A DNA stretch of 64,000 nt from the IMG/VR virus record IMGVR_UViG_3300042360_000330. One strand, given 5' to 3'. The stretch comes from a virus (Duplodnaviria; Heunggongvirae; Uroviricota; Caudoviricetes). The position numbers and the translations under genes are program-made. The notes under the pieces were generated by a model. That model was not told where the DNA came from and did not search any database. It saw nothing but the letters and a program-made list of their open reading frames with translations. This document shows positions 46,894-56,063 of the stretch, in pieces; the first letter of the stretch is position 1; each line of letters begins with the position of its first letter.

Positions 46894-47721
46894 ATGAACA
46901 GAATTTTAGTAGCATTAGGATTAATCCTAACAATTTTCGCAATTACAATGTCATGTGAAAACATCGACTCAGGAAACATCGGTATCAAAGTAAACAAGTT
47001 TGGTACAGGACGAGGAGTAAGTGGGGTTACAGAGTGTACCGGAACAGTATTTTACAATCCGATCACAACAAACATTTATGAATTTCCAATCAACATCAGA
47101 CATAAAGAGTACACAGACGAAGGATCGTTTGTAGTAAACTCTAAAGACGGATCAGAATTTCATGTTAGCCCAATTGTCAACTATAGAATTAATCCTGACA
47201 AAGCAACACAAATCTTTGCAAAATATAGAAAAGACTTAGATGGTATTGAGAATGGATTCTTAAAGACAGCTGTAACAGAAGCATTTAGAATTGTTACAAA
47301 TAGTTATACTGCTGATCAATTAATTTCAAGTAGAGAATCTTTTGATAATAAAGTAAAAGCCACATTAAGAAAACAATTAGAACCTGAAGGATTTGTATTA
47401 GATCAGTTTACAACTAATTTAGAATATCCAACATCATTTAAGAACGCTATTAACGCTAAAAACAATGCCGTACAAAAAGCATTAATGGCTGAAAATAGAG
47501 TTAAACAAGCAGAAGCTGAAGCTAAAATTAAAGTAGCAACCGCTGAAGGAGATGCTCAAGCGACACTTACAAGAGCGAAAGCTGAAGCTGAAGCAAATGC
47601 TTTAAAACAAAGAACATTAACACCTCTATTAATTCAACAACAATGGATTGAAAAATGGAGAGGAAATGTACCTACAACAACGTTAGGTTCAGGTACAAAT
47701 GTGATGTATGGTTTAAAATAA
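46894..47721 (+). CDS. SPFH/band-7 (prohibitin/HflK-C-like) membrane protein
   Basis: 275 aa; N-terminal TM, SPFH domain pattern, C-terminal Ala/Glu-rich coiled coil (AEAEAKIKVATAEGDAQA...). Confidence 0.65.
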   Translation: MNRILVALGLILTIFAITMSCENIDSGNIGIKVNKFGTGRGVSGVTECTGTVFYNPITTNIYEFPINIRHKEYTDEGSFVVNSKDGSEFHVSPIVNYRINPDKATQIFAKYRKDLDGIENGFLKTAVTEAFRIVTNSYTADQLISSRESFDNKVKATLRKQLEPEGFVLDQFTTNLEYPTSFKNAINAKNNAVQKALMAENRVKQAEAEAKIKVATAEGDAQATLTRAKAEAEANALKQRTLTPLLIQQQWIEKWRGNVPTTTLGSGTNVMYGLK

Positions 47722-47744
47722 AAAATAATAAAAAACATTTGATT

Positions 47745-47771
47745 AAAGGCTTGCTAACGCGAGCCTTTTTT
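47745..47771 (+). terminator. terminator hairpin AAAGGCTTGC-taac-GCGAGCCTTTTTT
   Basis: Fourth copy of the AAAGGCTTG...GAGCCTTT family, with T6 tail. Confidence 0.6.
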
Positions 47772-47806
47772 CGTATCTTTATAGCATAGTTTAAAAAATA
47801 AAGGTT

Positions 47807-48190
47807 ATGGATAAACACACATTACTACAGAAGATCAAATCAGGTAATTACAATCAGCAACAGCTACTAAGTTGGGTAGGATGCTTACCAGGGACTTCAG
47901 CAAGTAGAAAGCCTAAGTTTACTAAAGTAGGAGACATTTATATGCATCCTATATTTCAACATCCATATCTTATCTTGGATAAAAGAGATGGATATTACAT
48001 CTGCGGATTGATTACAAGTGAGAGTAGCTGTCCTGAGATATTAGAAGCATGCAGATCCAGGTTCATGGAAGGGTATATTACAAAGACATTATTTACAGCA
48101 AGTGAAATCTCAGGTAGTTTTATAAACAACTACGACAATACAAGACACTTGAAGAAAGTATTAGTTAAATTAAGAGAAACATTAAAATAG
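47807..48190 (+). CDS. hypothetical protein
   Basis: 127 aa ORF. Confidence 0.5.
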   Translation: MDKHTLLQKIKSGNYNQQQLLSWVGCLPGTSASRKPKFTKVGDIYMHPIFQHPYLILDKRDGYYICGLITSESSCPEILEACRSRFMEGYITKTLFTASEISGSFINNYDNTRHLKKVLVKLRETLK

Positions 48191-48195
48191 AAGTT

Positions 48196-48429
48196 ATGAT
48201 AGAGAGAATAGCAACAGCAATTACAGCCATTATTTTTTTAGGATCTTTAGTAGTAGGGCTTATAACAAGTACTATAGATCTAATCTCAGTAGCTCTTACA
48301 GGAAATAGTTTAACAGGAATACCTATAGAGTTCTTTTTACTTTTAATCGTATGTACACCTCCAATAGCATTAATTACAATCTATTCAGGAGTAGTATTAG
48401 ATAAAATATTTAACTTAGAAAATAAATAA
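48196..48429 (+). CDS. small membrane protein
   Basis: 77 aa; two TM helices. Confidence 0.45.
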   Translation: MIERIATAITAIIFLGSLVVGLITSTIDLISVALTGNSLTGIPIEFFLLLIVCTPPIALITIYSGVVLDKIFNLENK

Positions 48430-48432
48430 ATT

Positions 48433-49167
48433 ATGCCAAAAATATTTAAAGTAGGAGGATGCGTCAGAGATGGACTCCTAGGAGTAAAAACAAAAGATAT
48501 CGACTTCACATTTGTATTAGATGATCTAAACAAGACAGTTGAAGAAGGATTCAAAGAGATGGAGCAATGGATGATAGATCAAGGATTTACAATCTTCCTA
48601 TCCGTTCCAGAGATGTTTACAATCAGAGCTAAATTTCCAAGTGATCATAAATTTGCTAAATTGGATGCAGACTTTGTAATGGCTAGAAAGGAAGTTAGTT
48701 ATATTGAAGGAACAAGACGTCCAATACTAGAATTAGGAACATTGGGAGATGATTTAGTTCGTAGAGACTTTACAGTCAATGCTATGGCTGAAGATGAGGA
48801 TGGTAATTTAATTGATTTGTTTGACGGTATATGGGCTTTAGAAAGTAAGATGCTTCTCACACCTCTTGAACCAACACAAACGTTTCTAGATGATCCTTTA
48901 AGAATGATAAGAGCACTTAGATTTTCAATCACTAAAGGATTTACAATAGCACCTAAGGTTTGGGCAGCGATGTTTATTCCGACTCTAATTGATAAACTAC
49001 AACAAGTAGTAAGTGGTGAGAGAATAAGAGAAGAAATTATAAAGATGATGAAAGTAGATACTGTAGCAACTCTACGATTATTAGCTGAAATTGATAAAAT
49101 AGAACCTAAATTCCTAGAAGCTGTATTTAGTGACGGAATGTGGTTAAAACCAACATTTGAACAATAA
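48433..49167 (+). CDS. tRNA nucleotidyltransferase/poly(A) polymerase head-domain protein (minimal CCA-adding-enzyme-like)
   Basis: 244 aa; N-terminal GGCVRDGLLGVKTKDIDF (GGxVRD...DxD class II CCA-enzyme signature), RRDFTVNAMA motif. Confidence 0.6.
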   Translation: MPKIFKVGGCVRDGLLGVKTKDIDFTFVLDDLNKTVEEGFKEMEQWMIDQGFTIFLSVPEMFTIRAKFPSDHKFAKLDADFVMARKEVSYIEGTRRPILELGTLGDDLVRRDFTVNAMAEDEDGNLIDLFDGIWALESKMLLTPLEPTQTFLDDPLRMIRALRFSITKGFTIAPKVWAAMFIPTLIDKLQQVVSGERIREEIIKMMKVDTVATLRLLAEIDKIEPKFLEAVFSDGMWLKPTFEQ

Positions 49168-49774
49168 AGTTATGATAAATAATATAGAATTGATTAAGCC
49201 ATTGCTTAATTTTGAAAATGAAGGTGACTTTTACATGTTATACGTTTTAAAACGTAAAAAAGATCAACCTGAAGGTGAAAGAGATAATCATCAATCAGTA
49301 AGAACACTTCGTTCATATTGTATCAATTCAATTGAACAATTAGAAAAGAAGTATGACGAGATACAATTGTTATGTGAGACATTTAAAGCAAGAGCTTATA
49401 TTCACGTTCAAAAACAAAACCATAAAGATGTTTCTCTAAATATGATGGTTGCTTTAGCACAACGTATACAAGACGGAAACCACCAACAACAATCATTATT
49501 TGATTCAGTTGTAGGTCAATTAAAGACTTATGAAAAGAGATGGATTGTTGATATTGATACTCAAGATGTTGAAGAATTAGTTGAGGTTGCTGAATTTATC
49601 TATAATCTTAGACCAATTGGACATAAAGTTATAACTACAATTCCAACCAAAAACGGGTTTCATCTGATAACCGAACGATTTGATGTTTTATCTTTTAAAA
49701 ATAGATATTCAGATATTGACATTCAAAAGAAAAATCCAACACTACTTTATTTACCAAATAGTTTGGATGATTAA
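49157..49774 (+). CDS. hypothetical protein
   Basis: 205 aa ORF. Confidence 0.5.
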   Translation: MNNKVMINNIELIKPLLNFENEGDFYMLYVLKRKKDQPEGERDNHQSVRTLRSYCINSIEQLEKKYDEIQLLCETFKARAYIHVQKQNHKDVSLNMMVALAQRIQDGNHQQQSLFDSVVGQLKTYEKRWIVDIDTQDVEELVEVAEFIYNLRPIGHKVITTIPTKNGFHLITERFDVLSFKNRYSDIDIQKKNPTLLYLPNSLDD

Positions 49775-49820
49775 ATTACCATTCGTAATTTTATAGCATA
49801 ATTTAAAACAAATAAAAGTT

Positions 49821-50930
49821 ATGACATTACCAATTTTGTACAAACGTTCAAACAGTAAAGAACACATCAATCAATGGCAAATTGAGGTTGAAGGAAACAA
49901 ATTCAGAACAACTACAGGATTTGTAAATATGAAAATGTTTACAGGTGATTGGACCGAATGTACTCCTAAAAATGTAGGTAAAAAGAACGCTACAACAGCG
50001 GAAGAACAAGCATTGTTCGAAGCACAAGCACTATGGCAAAAACGTAAAGATTTAGGTTATTGGGAAGACATAAATGATTGTGATAAGAAAGTATTCTTTC
50101 AACCTATGTTAGCTCAAGACTATGACAAACGTAAGGATAAAGTACAGTTCCCAATTTTATCACAACCAAAACTAGACGGAGTAAGATGTATAGTTAAATC
50201 AGATGGTATGTGGACACGAACAGGAAAGGAAATTATATCTGCTCCTCACATATTTGAAGGACTAAAACACGTATTTGAAACACAACCTGATTTAGTATTG
50301 GATGGTGAATTATATACTTCAAATACAGAAGTAGATTTCAACACAATCATATCATGTGTTAGAAAAACAAAACCAACACAAGCCGATTTAGATTTATCTA
50401 CTCGATATATTGAGTATTGGATGTATGACATGTATGAAGGTGAAGATTTAATATATGCTTCAAGACGAGGTAAATTGTTAAGTTTATTTCTTACATATGA
50501 TATATCAATTCTTTATTATAAAATTGTTGAAACAACTAATGTAATTTCATTTGAACAGATTAATCTAAAATTACAAGAATATATTGAACAAGGTTTTGAA
50601 GGTCAAATGTTAAGAGATCCAAACACACCTTATGAAAATAAACGTTCAAATGGTTTATTAAAACATAAAACATTCTTTGATGAAGAGTTTACAATAATAG
50701 ATTATTCCGAAGGTATAGGTAAATTTAGTGGTAAAGTAGCAACATTAAAAGTAAATGTTAGTGGTGTAGAAGTGGATTGTACCATAAATGGAACGATGGA
50801 GTATTTAGAAGAATTATTTCAAATCAAAGACACATTAATTGGTAAACAAGCAACAGTTAAGTATTTTGAAAAAACGGTAGATGGTTCATTAAGATTTCCA
50901 AAAGTAATAGCGATACGAGATTATGAATAA
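49821..50930 (+). CDS. ATP-dependent DNA ligase
   Basis: 369 aa; adenylation motif I KLDGVR, motif V-like LEGQMLRD, OB-fold C-terminus. Confidence 0.75.
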   Translation: MTLPILYKRSNSKEHINQWQIEVEGNKFRTTTGFVNMKMFTGDWTECTPKNVGKKNATTAEEQALFEAQALWQKRKDLGYWEDINDCDKKVFFQPMLAQDYDKRKDKVQFPILSQPKLDGVRCIVKSDGMWTRTGKEIISAPHIFEGLKHVFETQPDLVLDGELYTSNTEVDFNTIISCVRKTKPTQADLDLSTRYIEYWMYDMYEGEDLIYASRRGKLLSLFLTYDISILYYKIVETTNVISFEQINLKLQEYIEQGFEGQMLRDPNTPYENKRSNGLLKHKTFFDEEFTIIDYSEGIGKFSGKVATLKVNVSGVEVDCTINGTMEYLEELFQIKDTLIGKQATVKYFEKTVDGSLRFPKVIAIRDYE

Positions 50931-50990
50931 AAAATTACAAGAAAGCTTGCGGTACACAACATCAATACAAACATACGTATATACAAGAAT

Positions 50991-51179
50991 ATGAAACGAT
51001 TATTATACAACATAGCATTTTGGATTGGTTATACAATCGTAATTGAAGATACTCTAATGAGTTGGGAAAAGTGGGAGATAAAAAAATACACTCACATTGT
51101 GGTATACAAGTATTATGGTAGATTTAAACATGACAATAGCATTAAGTTAAGACGTGTGTGGGCGCTTAAAATAAGATAA
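50991..51179 (+). CDS. small hypothetical protein
   Basis: 62 aa ORF. Confidence 0.35.
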   Translation: MKRLLYNIAFWIGYTIVIEDTLMSWEKWEIKKYTHIVVYKYYGRFKHDNSIKLRRVWALKIR

Positions 51180-51181
51180 AC

Positions 51182-51412
51182 ATGACAGTAGCAGAAGTAA
51201 TAGAAAAACTAAGCACTATTGAAAATCAAGACGCCTTAGTGATGACAAGAGGATATGAAGGAGGGTATGATGATATGGATTATGATATTATAGAAACAGA
51301 TATGGTTCTAAATGTAAATTCAGAATGGTATTATGGTAAACATGAAAGAGCAGAAAATGTATATCATGAAGATAGGGAAAAATATGAAATAGTAAAAGCA
51401 ATTATACTTTAG
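51182..51412 (+). CDS. small hypothetical protein
   Basis: 76 aa ORF. Confidence 0.4.
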   Translation: MTVAEVIEKLSTIENQDALVMTRGYEGGYDDMDYDIIETDMVLNVNSEWYYGKHERAENVYHEDREKYEIVKAIIL

Positions 51413-51462
51413 GTTGGCTTATAGGAATTGTATTCGTAATTTTATAGCATAATTTAAAACAA

Positions 51463-51678
51463 ATGGTTATGACAAATTTAGACATTATTGAAAAATTTAT
51501 TCAAAGTGAAATTGATAAGAACAATTCATCTAATGAATATATTTTAGCATTAAATGAGTGTGCAACATTAGAGGACTTAATTTATGAAGTTGATATGTGG
51601 AAATCACCAATTATAATTGAAAAATATGGAAATGTGGAAAATTATATTTTGATGAGTTTAGATAATTTAAAACAATAA
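51463..51678 (+). CDS. small hypothetical protein
   Basis: 71 aa ORF preceded by promoter box. Confidence 0.4.
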   Translation: MVMTNLDIIEKFIQSEIDKNNSSNEYILALNECATLEDLIYEVDMWKSPIIIEKYGNVENYILMSLDNLKQ

Positions 51679-51683
51679 AGGTT

Positions 51684-51878
51684 ATGGAAGTAAAAATTAA
51701 CATCCCAGAAGGAATCATTCGCACATGTACAAAATGTGGTTGGAATGAAGAACAAACAAGAAAGGTATTTGTTGAGTACTTACAAGAGGTTACTAATCAT
51801 GTATACAATCACTTTGAAATAGGTTTTGATAATTGGATAAATGACGAAGATACTCAGGAATTTTTAGATAACTTATAA
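51684..51878 (+). CDS. small hypothetical protein
   Basis: 64 aa ORF. Confidence 0.4.
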   Translation: MEVKINIPEGIIRTCTKCGWNEEQTRKVFVEYLQEVTNHVYNHFEIGFDNWINDEDTQEFLDNL

Positions 51879-51883
51879 AACAA

Positions 51884-52105
51884 ATGGTTATGAGAACAAA
51901 ACGATCAGAATTAGTAGAAGGTAAAAAATATTTCATGAATGGTGAAAGAGACGTCATAGGAGTATTTAAAGGTAGAGATGAAGATTTAAACTCAATTTTC
52001 TTTGATTGTGGTGAACAAAACAAATATTTCACTTCATTATATAGAGAAGGTCTTGTAATGTTTTGGAGTGATGATGATTATGAAGGGTTTGTAGAAGTAA
52101 AATAA
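51884..52105 (+). CDS. small hypothetical protein
   Basis: 73 aa ORF. Confidence 0.4.
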   Translation: MVMRTKRSELVEGKKYFMNGERDVIGVFKGRDEDLNSIFFDCGEQNKYFTSLYREGLVMFWSDDDYEGFVEVK

Positions 52106-52110
52106 GCGTT

Positions 52111-52335
52111 ATGAAAAGATTAGTCACAATACAAGATGGAGTAATAGGAGGGGTGGAGAAAGAGCTTATAGAGAAATTGCTCCCTCAATTAATAGGATCA
52201 TTTAGACAACGTAAAGAATACTTTGAATACTATTTTAATGAAACGGAAGTTGAAATCACCTTAGATGATATTGAGCGTTTATCTAAAGAATTTACTATAG
52301 AAATAAATTGGAGTGAATTAGAAATTTTCATTTAA
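52111..52335 (+). CDS. small hypothetical protein
   Basis: 74 aa ORF. Confidence 0.4.
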   Translation: MKRLVTIQDGVIGGVEKELIEKLLPQLIGSFRQRKEYFEYYFNETEVEITLDDIERLSKEFTIEINWSELEIFI

Positions 52336-52346
52336 TAATAAAAGTT

Positions 52347-52712
52347 ATGGCAACACCAAGTAGAATAGGAATCGAGAACGAAAACGGATCAATAACATCA
52401 ATTTACTGTCATTGGGATGGTTATACAGAAGGTGTAGGTGCAATGTTAAAAGAGCATTATTTGAGCACTCAAAAAGTAAGAATGCTACTTAATTTAGGTG
52501 ATATTAGTATTTTAGGAGAACAGGTAGCAACTATGGATGAACATACTTTTGATAATCCAAAGCAAGGTGTAACAGTGGCTTATCATAGAGACAGAGGTGA
52601 GGAAAAGAATGAGGCGAGAACGGATGTTTCAATTGAACAATTTAAAAATCGTTTAAGTGATTGTTATGGTTATGTTTATACTAAAGGTGGAAATTGGTTA
52701 ACAGTAAGATAA
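52347..52712 (+). CDS. hypothetical protein
   Basis: 121 aa ORF. Confidence 0.45.
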   Translation: MATPSRIGIENENGSITSIYCHWDGYTEGVGAMLKEHYLSTQKVRMLLNLGDISILGEQVATMDEHTFDNPKQGVTVAYHRDRGEEKNEARTDVSIEQFKNRLSDCYGYVYTKGGNWLTVR

Positions 52713-53005
52713 GTGATATGAAACAGACAGCAGTAGAATGGTTAGCGAATGAGCTATATGAAAAATTTGAAATGAAAGGTGATGGTGCTTTGTTTAATGA
52801 CTTGTTAAATCAAGCCAATAAAATGTTTGAGCAACAGATTATTGATGCCTTTGATAATGGTGTAGAAGATGATGGAATTATTGATAATGCAGAACAATAC
52901 TATAATGAAACATTTGGTAAATCAACTCCGTGGTATGATGAAGATAAGACAACAGAAAGAATGAATATAATAGGACAAAATGGAAATAATGGTGAACACT
53001 ATTAA
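52694..53005 (+). CDS. hypothetical protein
   Basis: 103 aa ORF. Confidence 0.45.
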   Translation: MVNSKISDMKQTAVEWLANELYEKFEMKGDGALFNDLLNQANKMFEQQIIDAFDNGVEDDGIIDNAEQYYNETFGKSTPWYDEDKTTERMNIIGQNGNNGEHY

Positions 53006-53039
53006 ATCCAAAGCACCAAATACATAATCCAGCTAAAAT

Positions 53040-53110
53040 AAAACGTACGACGGAAGAAACGAAACGTACGACGGAATAGAATAATAACGTACGGGCGAAA
53101 GGGCGATTAC
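53040..53110. repeat. three direct iterons AACGTACG(A/G)(C/G)GG spaced about 22 nt apart
   Basis: aaaacgtacgacggaag / gaaacgtacgacggaat / aacgtacgggcgaa; further copies at 53840 (direct) and 54352 (inverted). Confidence 0.6.
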
Positions 53111-53243
53111 TAAATAATAGGAGCTGGGTGCTTCGGGTATGAAATATCGCATTTAAACGCATTGTTTTTTTACCACGGCATTATGTGATTATGGGGAGGT
53201 AATGCAAAATTACGCGTTTTTTTGCGCAAATAATCGCGATTTT

Positions 53244-53330
53244 TTTGTTGCTTAAAGGAATAGGTGAGGATGGAAAACAAGGGTTAAGGGTGGAAAACAT
53301 TACAATATTTTTTTTGTTGCTTAAAGTTTT
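53244..53330. repeat. direct repeats TTTTTTTGTTGCTTAAAG (x2) and GGAAAACA (x2)
   Basis: Two near-identical 18-mers 58 nt apart flanking ggatggaaaacaagggttaagggtggaaaaca. Confidence 0.55.
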
Positions 53331-53458
53331 TGTACTTAACATGTGGAACGAATGGAGATAATGTGTGATGGAGTTTTGTGACAAGGGAAAAGGTCCCGCC
53401 ATGCCACGCCCCGTTTCTCCACTTTCGAAACGTATATACAAAACATAACATAACTACT

Positions 53459-53656
53459 ATGCTATATTACATAAACATTTACGTATTCATTGGCGCCATT
53501 GTGTCCGTATTGGCCATATTAATGAATAATTATTTTGTTAAGTACGACGACGGGACTCCTTTAACCAATAAAGACGTCGTTATAATAATTTTTTTCTGGC
53601 CAATATTTCTTTTGTTCTTGTTTTATTACTTTTTTGTTAAAGATTGGGATAACTAA
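53459..53656 (+). CDS. small membrane protein (65 aa; shorter start of ORF 53378..53656)
   Basis: MLYYINIYVFIGAIVSVLAIL...IIIFFWPIFLLFLFYYFF two TM helices; upstream part of the long ORF is GC-rich non-coding-looking. Confidence 0.35.
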   Translation: MLYYINIYVFIGAIVSVLAILMNNYFVKYDDGTPLTNKDVVIIIFFWPIFLLFLFYYFFVKDWDN

Positions 53657-53963
53657 GAATTTTTTTGTACATTCATATAAATAAAAAATTTAAAATTATG
53701 ATTGTACCTTTTTGGATTCAAGGCTTAGCATTTGGTGTTTATTATGTTCCGGACGACGACGGAGTAGATTACGACGACGAGACACATATGGTCCAATTGG
53801 CGTTAGGTTTTTTTGGTATATCGTTTATGTGGTGGAACGACTAAAACGTACGACGACGAAAGTTTTTTGTCTTTTTTTGCGATAATATTTGGTTGCGTGG
53901 TTTTTTGTTATTAATTTTATGCCAGAGTTAAAAACATAAACATTAACATTAAAAATCAAGGTT

Positions 53964-54296
53964 ATGACGCGTACAGAAGTATTAGCAAAAGTAAAAGAGT
54001 TAGGTATCAAAACAGAAAGACCAGCTCATCAGATGAAAACAGAAGCATTAGTTGCTTTAATTCACAAAACAGTTGTGATTGAAGATCACAAAGCACGTGG
54101 ACGTAAAATCAATCCAACGAGCGCTAGACAACAAAGATTAGCTACCCGAGCTATGTTGTTAGAAAATGGTCCAATTCAAAAAGGACGTAAACCGAACTTA
54201 ACCAGTGCCAGACAACAAAGATTGGCTGCATGGGAAGCTAGAAAGGCTGCCGGTGAGGTAATAAAACGAGGCCGTCCAGCAATGGTGGTTGCGTAA
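53964..54296 (+). CDS. small basic protein with internal tandem repeat (GRK-N-TSARQQRLA x2), candidate iteron/DNA-binding protein
   Basis: 110 aa, highly basic; KARGRKINPTSARQQRLATRA / KGRKPNLTSARQQRLAAWEA; flanked by iterons. Confidence 0.5.
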   Translation: MTRTEVLAKVKELGIKTERPAHQMKTEALVALIHKTVVIEDHKARGRKINPTSARQQRLATRAMLLENGPIQKGRKPNLTSARQQRLAAWEARKAAGEVIKRGRPAMVVA

Positions 54297-54318
54297 TTTA
54301 ATTGTTAAACTAGGAACT

Positions 54319-54348
54319 GACCCGACAGAAATGTCGGGTCTTTTTTTT
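54319..54348 (+). terminator. rho-independent terminator GACCCGACA-gaaa-TGTCGGGTC + T8
   Basis: 9-bp stem and T-run. Confidence 0.7.
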
Positions 54349-54539
54349 CCTCCGTCGTACGTTTTATTATTTGGGGACAACTATTTCTAATATCCAAGTT
54401 GGTTGTTAATTTTTTTATTCGTACCTTTATGGGGGGGTCCGTTTTTTTTTTATAAAAACGTTACAACATTTTTTGTTTATCATTTGGATATTGGTTTTTT
54501 TGTTTGTATATTTACGACGTTAATTAAAACAATAGAGTT

Positions 54540-54791
54540 ATGAGAGTACAAATTAAATCCATCTTCGAGCAAATTGCAGAGCAAGTATTTAAAATGACTG
54601 ATGCAACTAAAGCTAAAACGTTCATTACTGAATTCGTTAATGAAAAGAATATTAACGACGACGACAAAAGAACGATCCTAAACAACATAGAGAACCTTAA
54701 ATCGATTGCCCAGATCCAGAAATACATCTGTAACTCACTTCTTCAGTATGAGGGGCTAGGTGTTGGTGCTAGAAAGGATCCAAATGAGTGA
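54540..54791 (+). CDS. hypothetical protein
   Basis: 83 aa ORF. Confidence 0.45.
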   Translation: MRVQIKSIFEQIAEQVFKMTDATKAKTFITEFVNEKNINDDDKRTILNNIENLKSIAQIQKYICNSLLQYEGLGVGARKDPNE

Positions 54792-54957
54792 GCTGGATCA
54801 TCTGGCCCAGTGGGAGCAGTTCCTCTGGCTTCAGGGGCTCGATCCGGGGCCTGAAATTGGGAACACCATTTCGTTAGTATGTATGTCGGAAGACATTAAA
54901 CATTATAATTATGAAGACTATCCAAGTAACACTTCAAGAGCGATGGGCTGCTTCTAG
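54784..54957 (+). CDS. small hypothetical protein encoded in GC-rich island (57 aa from internal ATG of ORF 54760..54957)
   Basis: MSELDHLAQWEQFLWLQGLDPGPEIGN...; local GC about 50 percent versus about 30 percent genome. Confidence 0.3.
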   Translation: MSELDHLAQWEQFLWLQGLDPGPEIGNTISLVCMSEDIKHYNYEDYPSNTSRAMGCF

Positions 54958-55103
54958 GCACCAGATCCACAAGACAAAGAAAACATATACCCGTAAGGAT
55001 AAACACAAAAACAAGAGTCGTAAAGACTCTTCATTTGTCTTTGGTTACCAGAATTATGTGTCGTAATTTTATAGCATAGTTAAAAACATTAAAAATAAAA
55101 GTT

Positions 55104-55349
55104 ATGGCTTATAGAGAAACATTTAGAATGAATCAAAGAGATTTTGATGAAGAAAATGAAGAAACAATTAATGACATTAGAAGTTATTTAGTTTACAATT
55201 ACAATCATGTAAGTTCAGACCAACTATCAGATGGTTTTATTCTGGAGTTTATGTCCAGAGATTACTTAGTAAGGTTGCCGTTTGAGAGAAAGATGGATTG
55301 CCTTTATGATCACATTTTGGCTCAAGGTTTATGTGATGTAGAAGAATAG
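55104..55349 (+). CDS. hypothetical protein
   Basis: 81 aa ORF with promoter box upstream. Confidence 0.45.
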   Translation: MAYRETFRMNQRDFDEENEETINDIRSYLVYNYNHVSSDQLSDGFILEFMSRDYLVRLPFERKMDCLYDHILAQGLCDVEE

Positions 55350-55353
55350 ATTA

Positions 55354-55373
55354 AGCGCTTAGGCGCTTTTTTT
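55354..55373 (+). terminator. terminator AGCGC-ttag-GCGCT + T7
   Basis: GC hairpin followed by ttttttt. Confidence 0.6.
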
Positions 55374-55437
55374 GTCTTTCACTAGGATACCTAAAAAATT
55401 TTTCGTACCTTTATACCAAATTTAAATTAAAAACAAA

Positions 55438-55998
55438 ATGAAAACATTAGTAATACACCCTAACGATCGATCAACTGATTTTCTTAAGCCGATCTATAAC
55501 GAGCTAGACGATGTTACTCTGGTGACTGGCAACTGGACACGTGGGGAAATAATAGAGGGCATCCAGGCACACGATCAAGTAATGATGATGGGACATGGGA
55601 GCCCAGGTGGATTGTTTGCTATGGGGCAGTTTTGGCCTCAAGACGTCCTTAGTGCCTATATTATAGGGGCTGACATGGTTGAGGCGTTGAGCCAGAAGGA
55701 CAACAACATTTTTATCTGGTGTAATGCCGATCAATTTGTTACTAGACACATGCTGAAGGGGTTTTACACTGGGATGTTTATCTCTGAGACGGGCGAGGCT
55801 GCTTATTGTGGATTGCCTGGTACACCTCAAGACATGGTGGATGAATCGAACCACGGGTTTGTTAAAATACTTGGCGATGCACTTCAGGGCACCAGAGACA
55901 CTAGTGTTCTATTTGAGCAGACTAGCAACACATACAGCCTAATAGCCGACATTAATCCAGTAGCTAAATACAATCATAATAGACTTTATTTAAGATAG
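55438..55998 (+). CDS. hypothetical protein, compositionally foreign (GC about 45 percent)
   Basis: 186 aa; codon usage G/C-ending unlike neighbours; motifs VIHPNDRS, MMMGHGSPGGLFAMG; no family recognised. Confidence 0.5.
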   Translation: MKTLVIHPNDRSTDFLKPIYNELDDVTLVTGNWTRGEIIEGIQAHDQVMMMGHGSPGGLFAMGQFWPQDVLSAYIIGADMVEALSQKDNNIFIWCNADQFVTRHMLKGFYTGMFISETGEAAYCGLPGTPQDMVDESNHGFVKILGDALQGTRDTSVLFEQTSNTYSLIADINPVAKYNHNRLYLR

Positions 55999-56063
55999 AT
56001 TTGGTTGCCTAAAATATTATTCGTACTTTTATATCAAAGTTTAACAATTAAAATATTCTTATT

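Noticed and set aside
53378-53656. Full-length 92-aa ORF 53378-53656
   Set aside because: The N-terminal third is translated from the GC-rich non-coding patch (gtgacaagggaaaaggtcccgccatgccacgcc). Only the shorter membrane-protein start at 53459 is plausible, and even that is uncertain.
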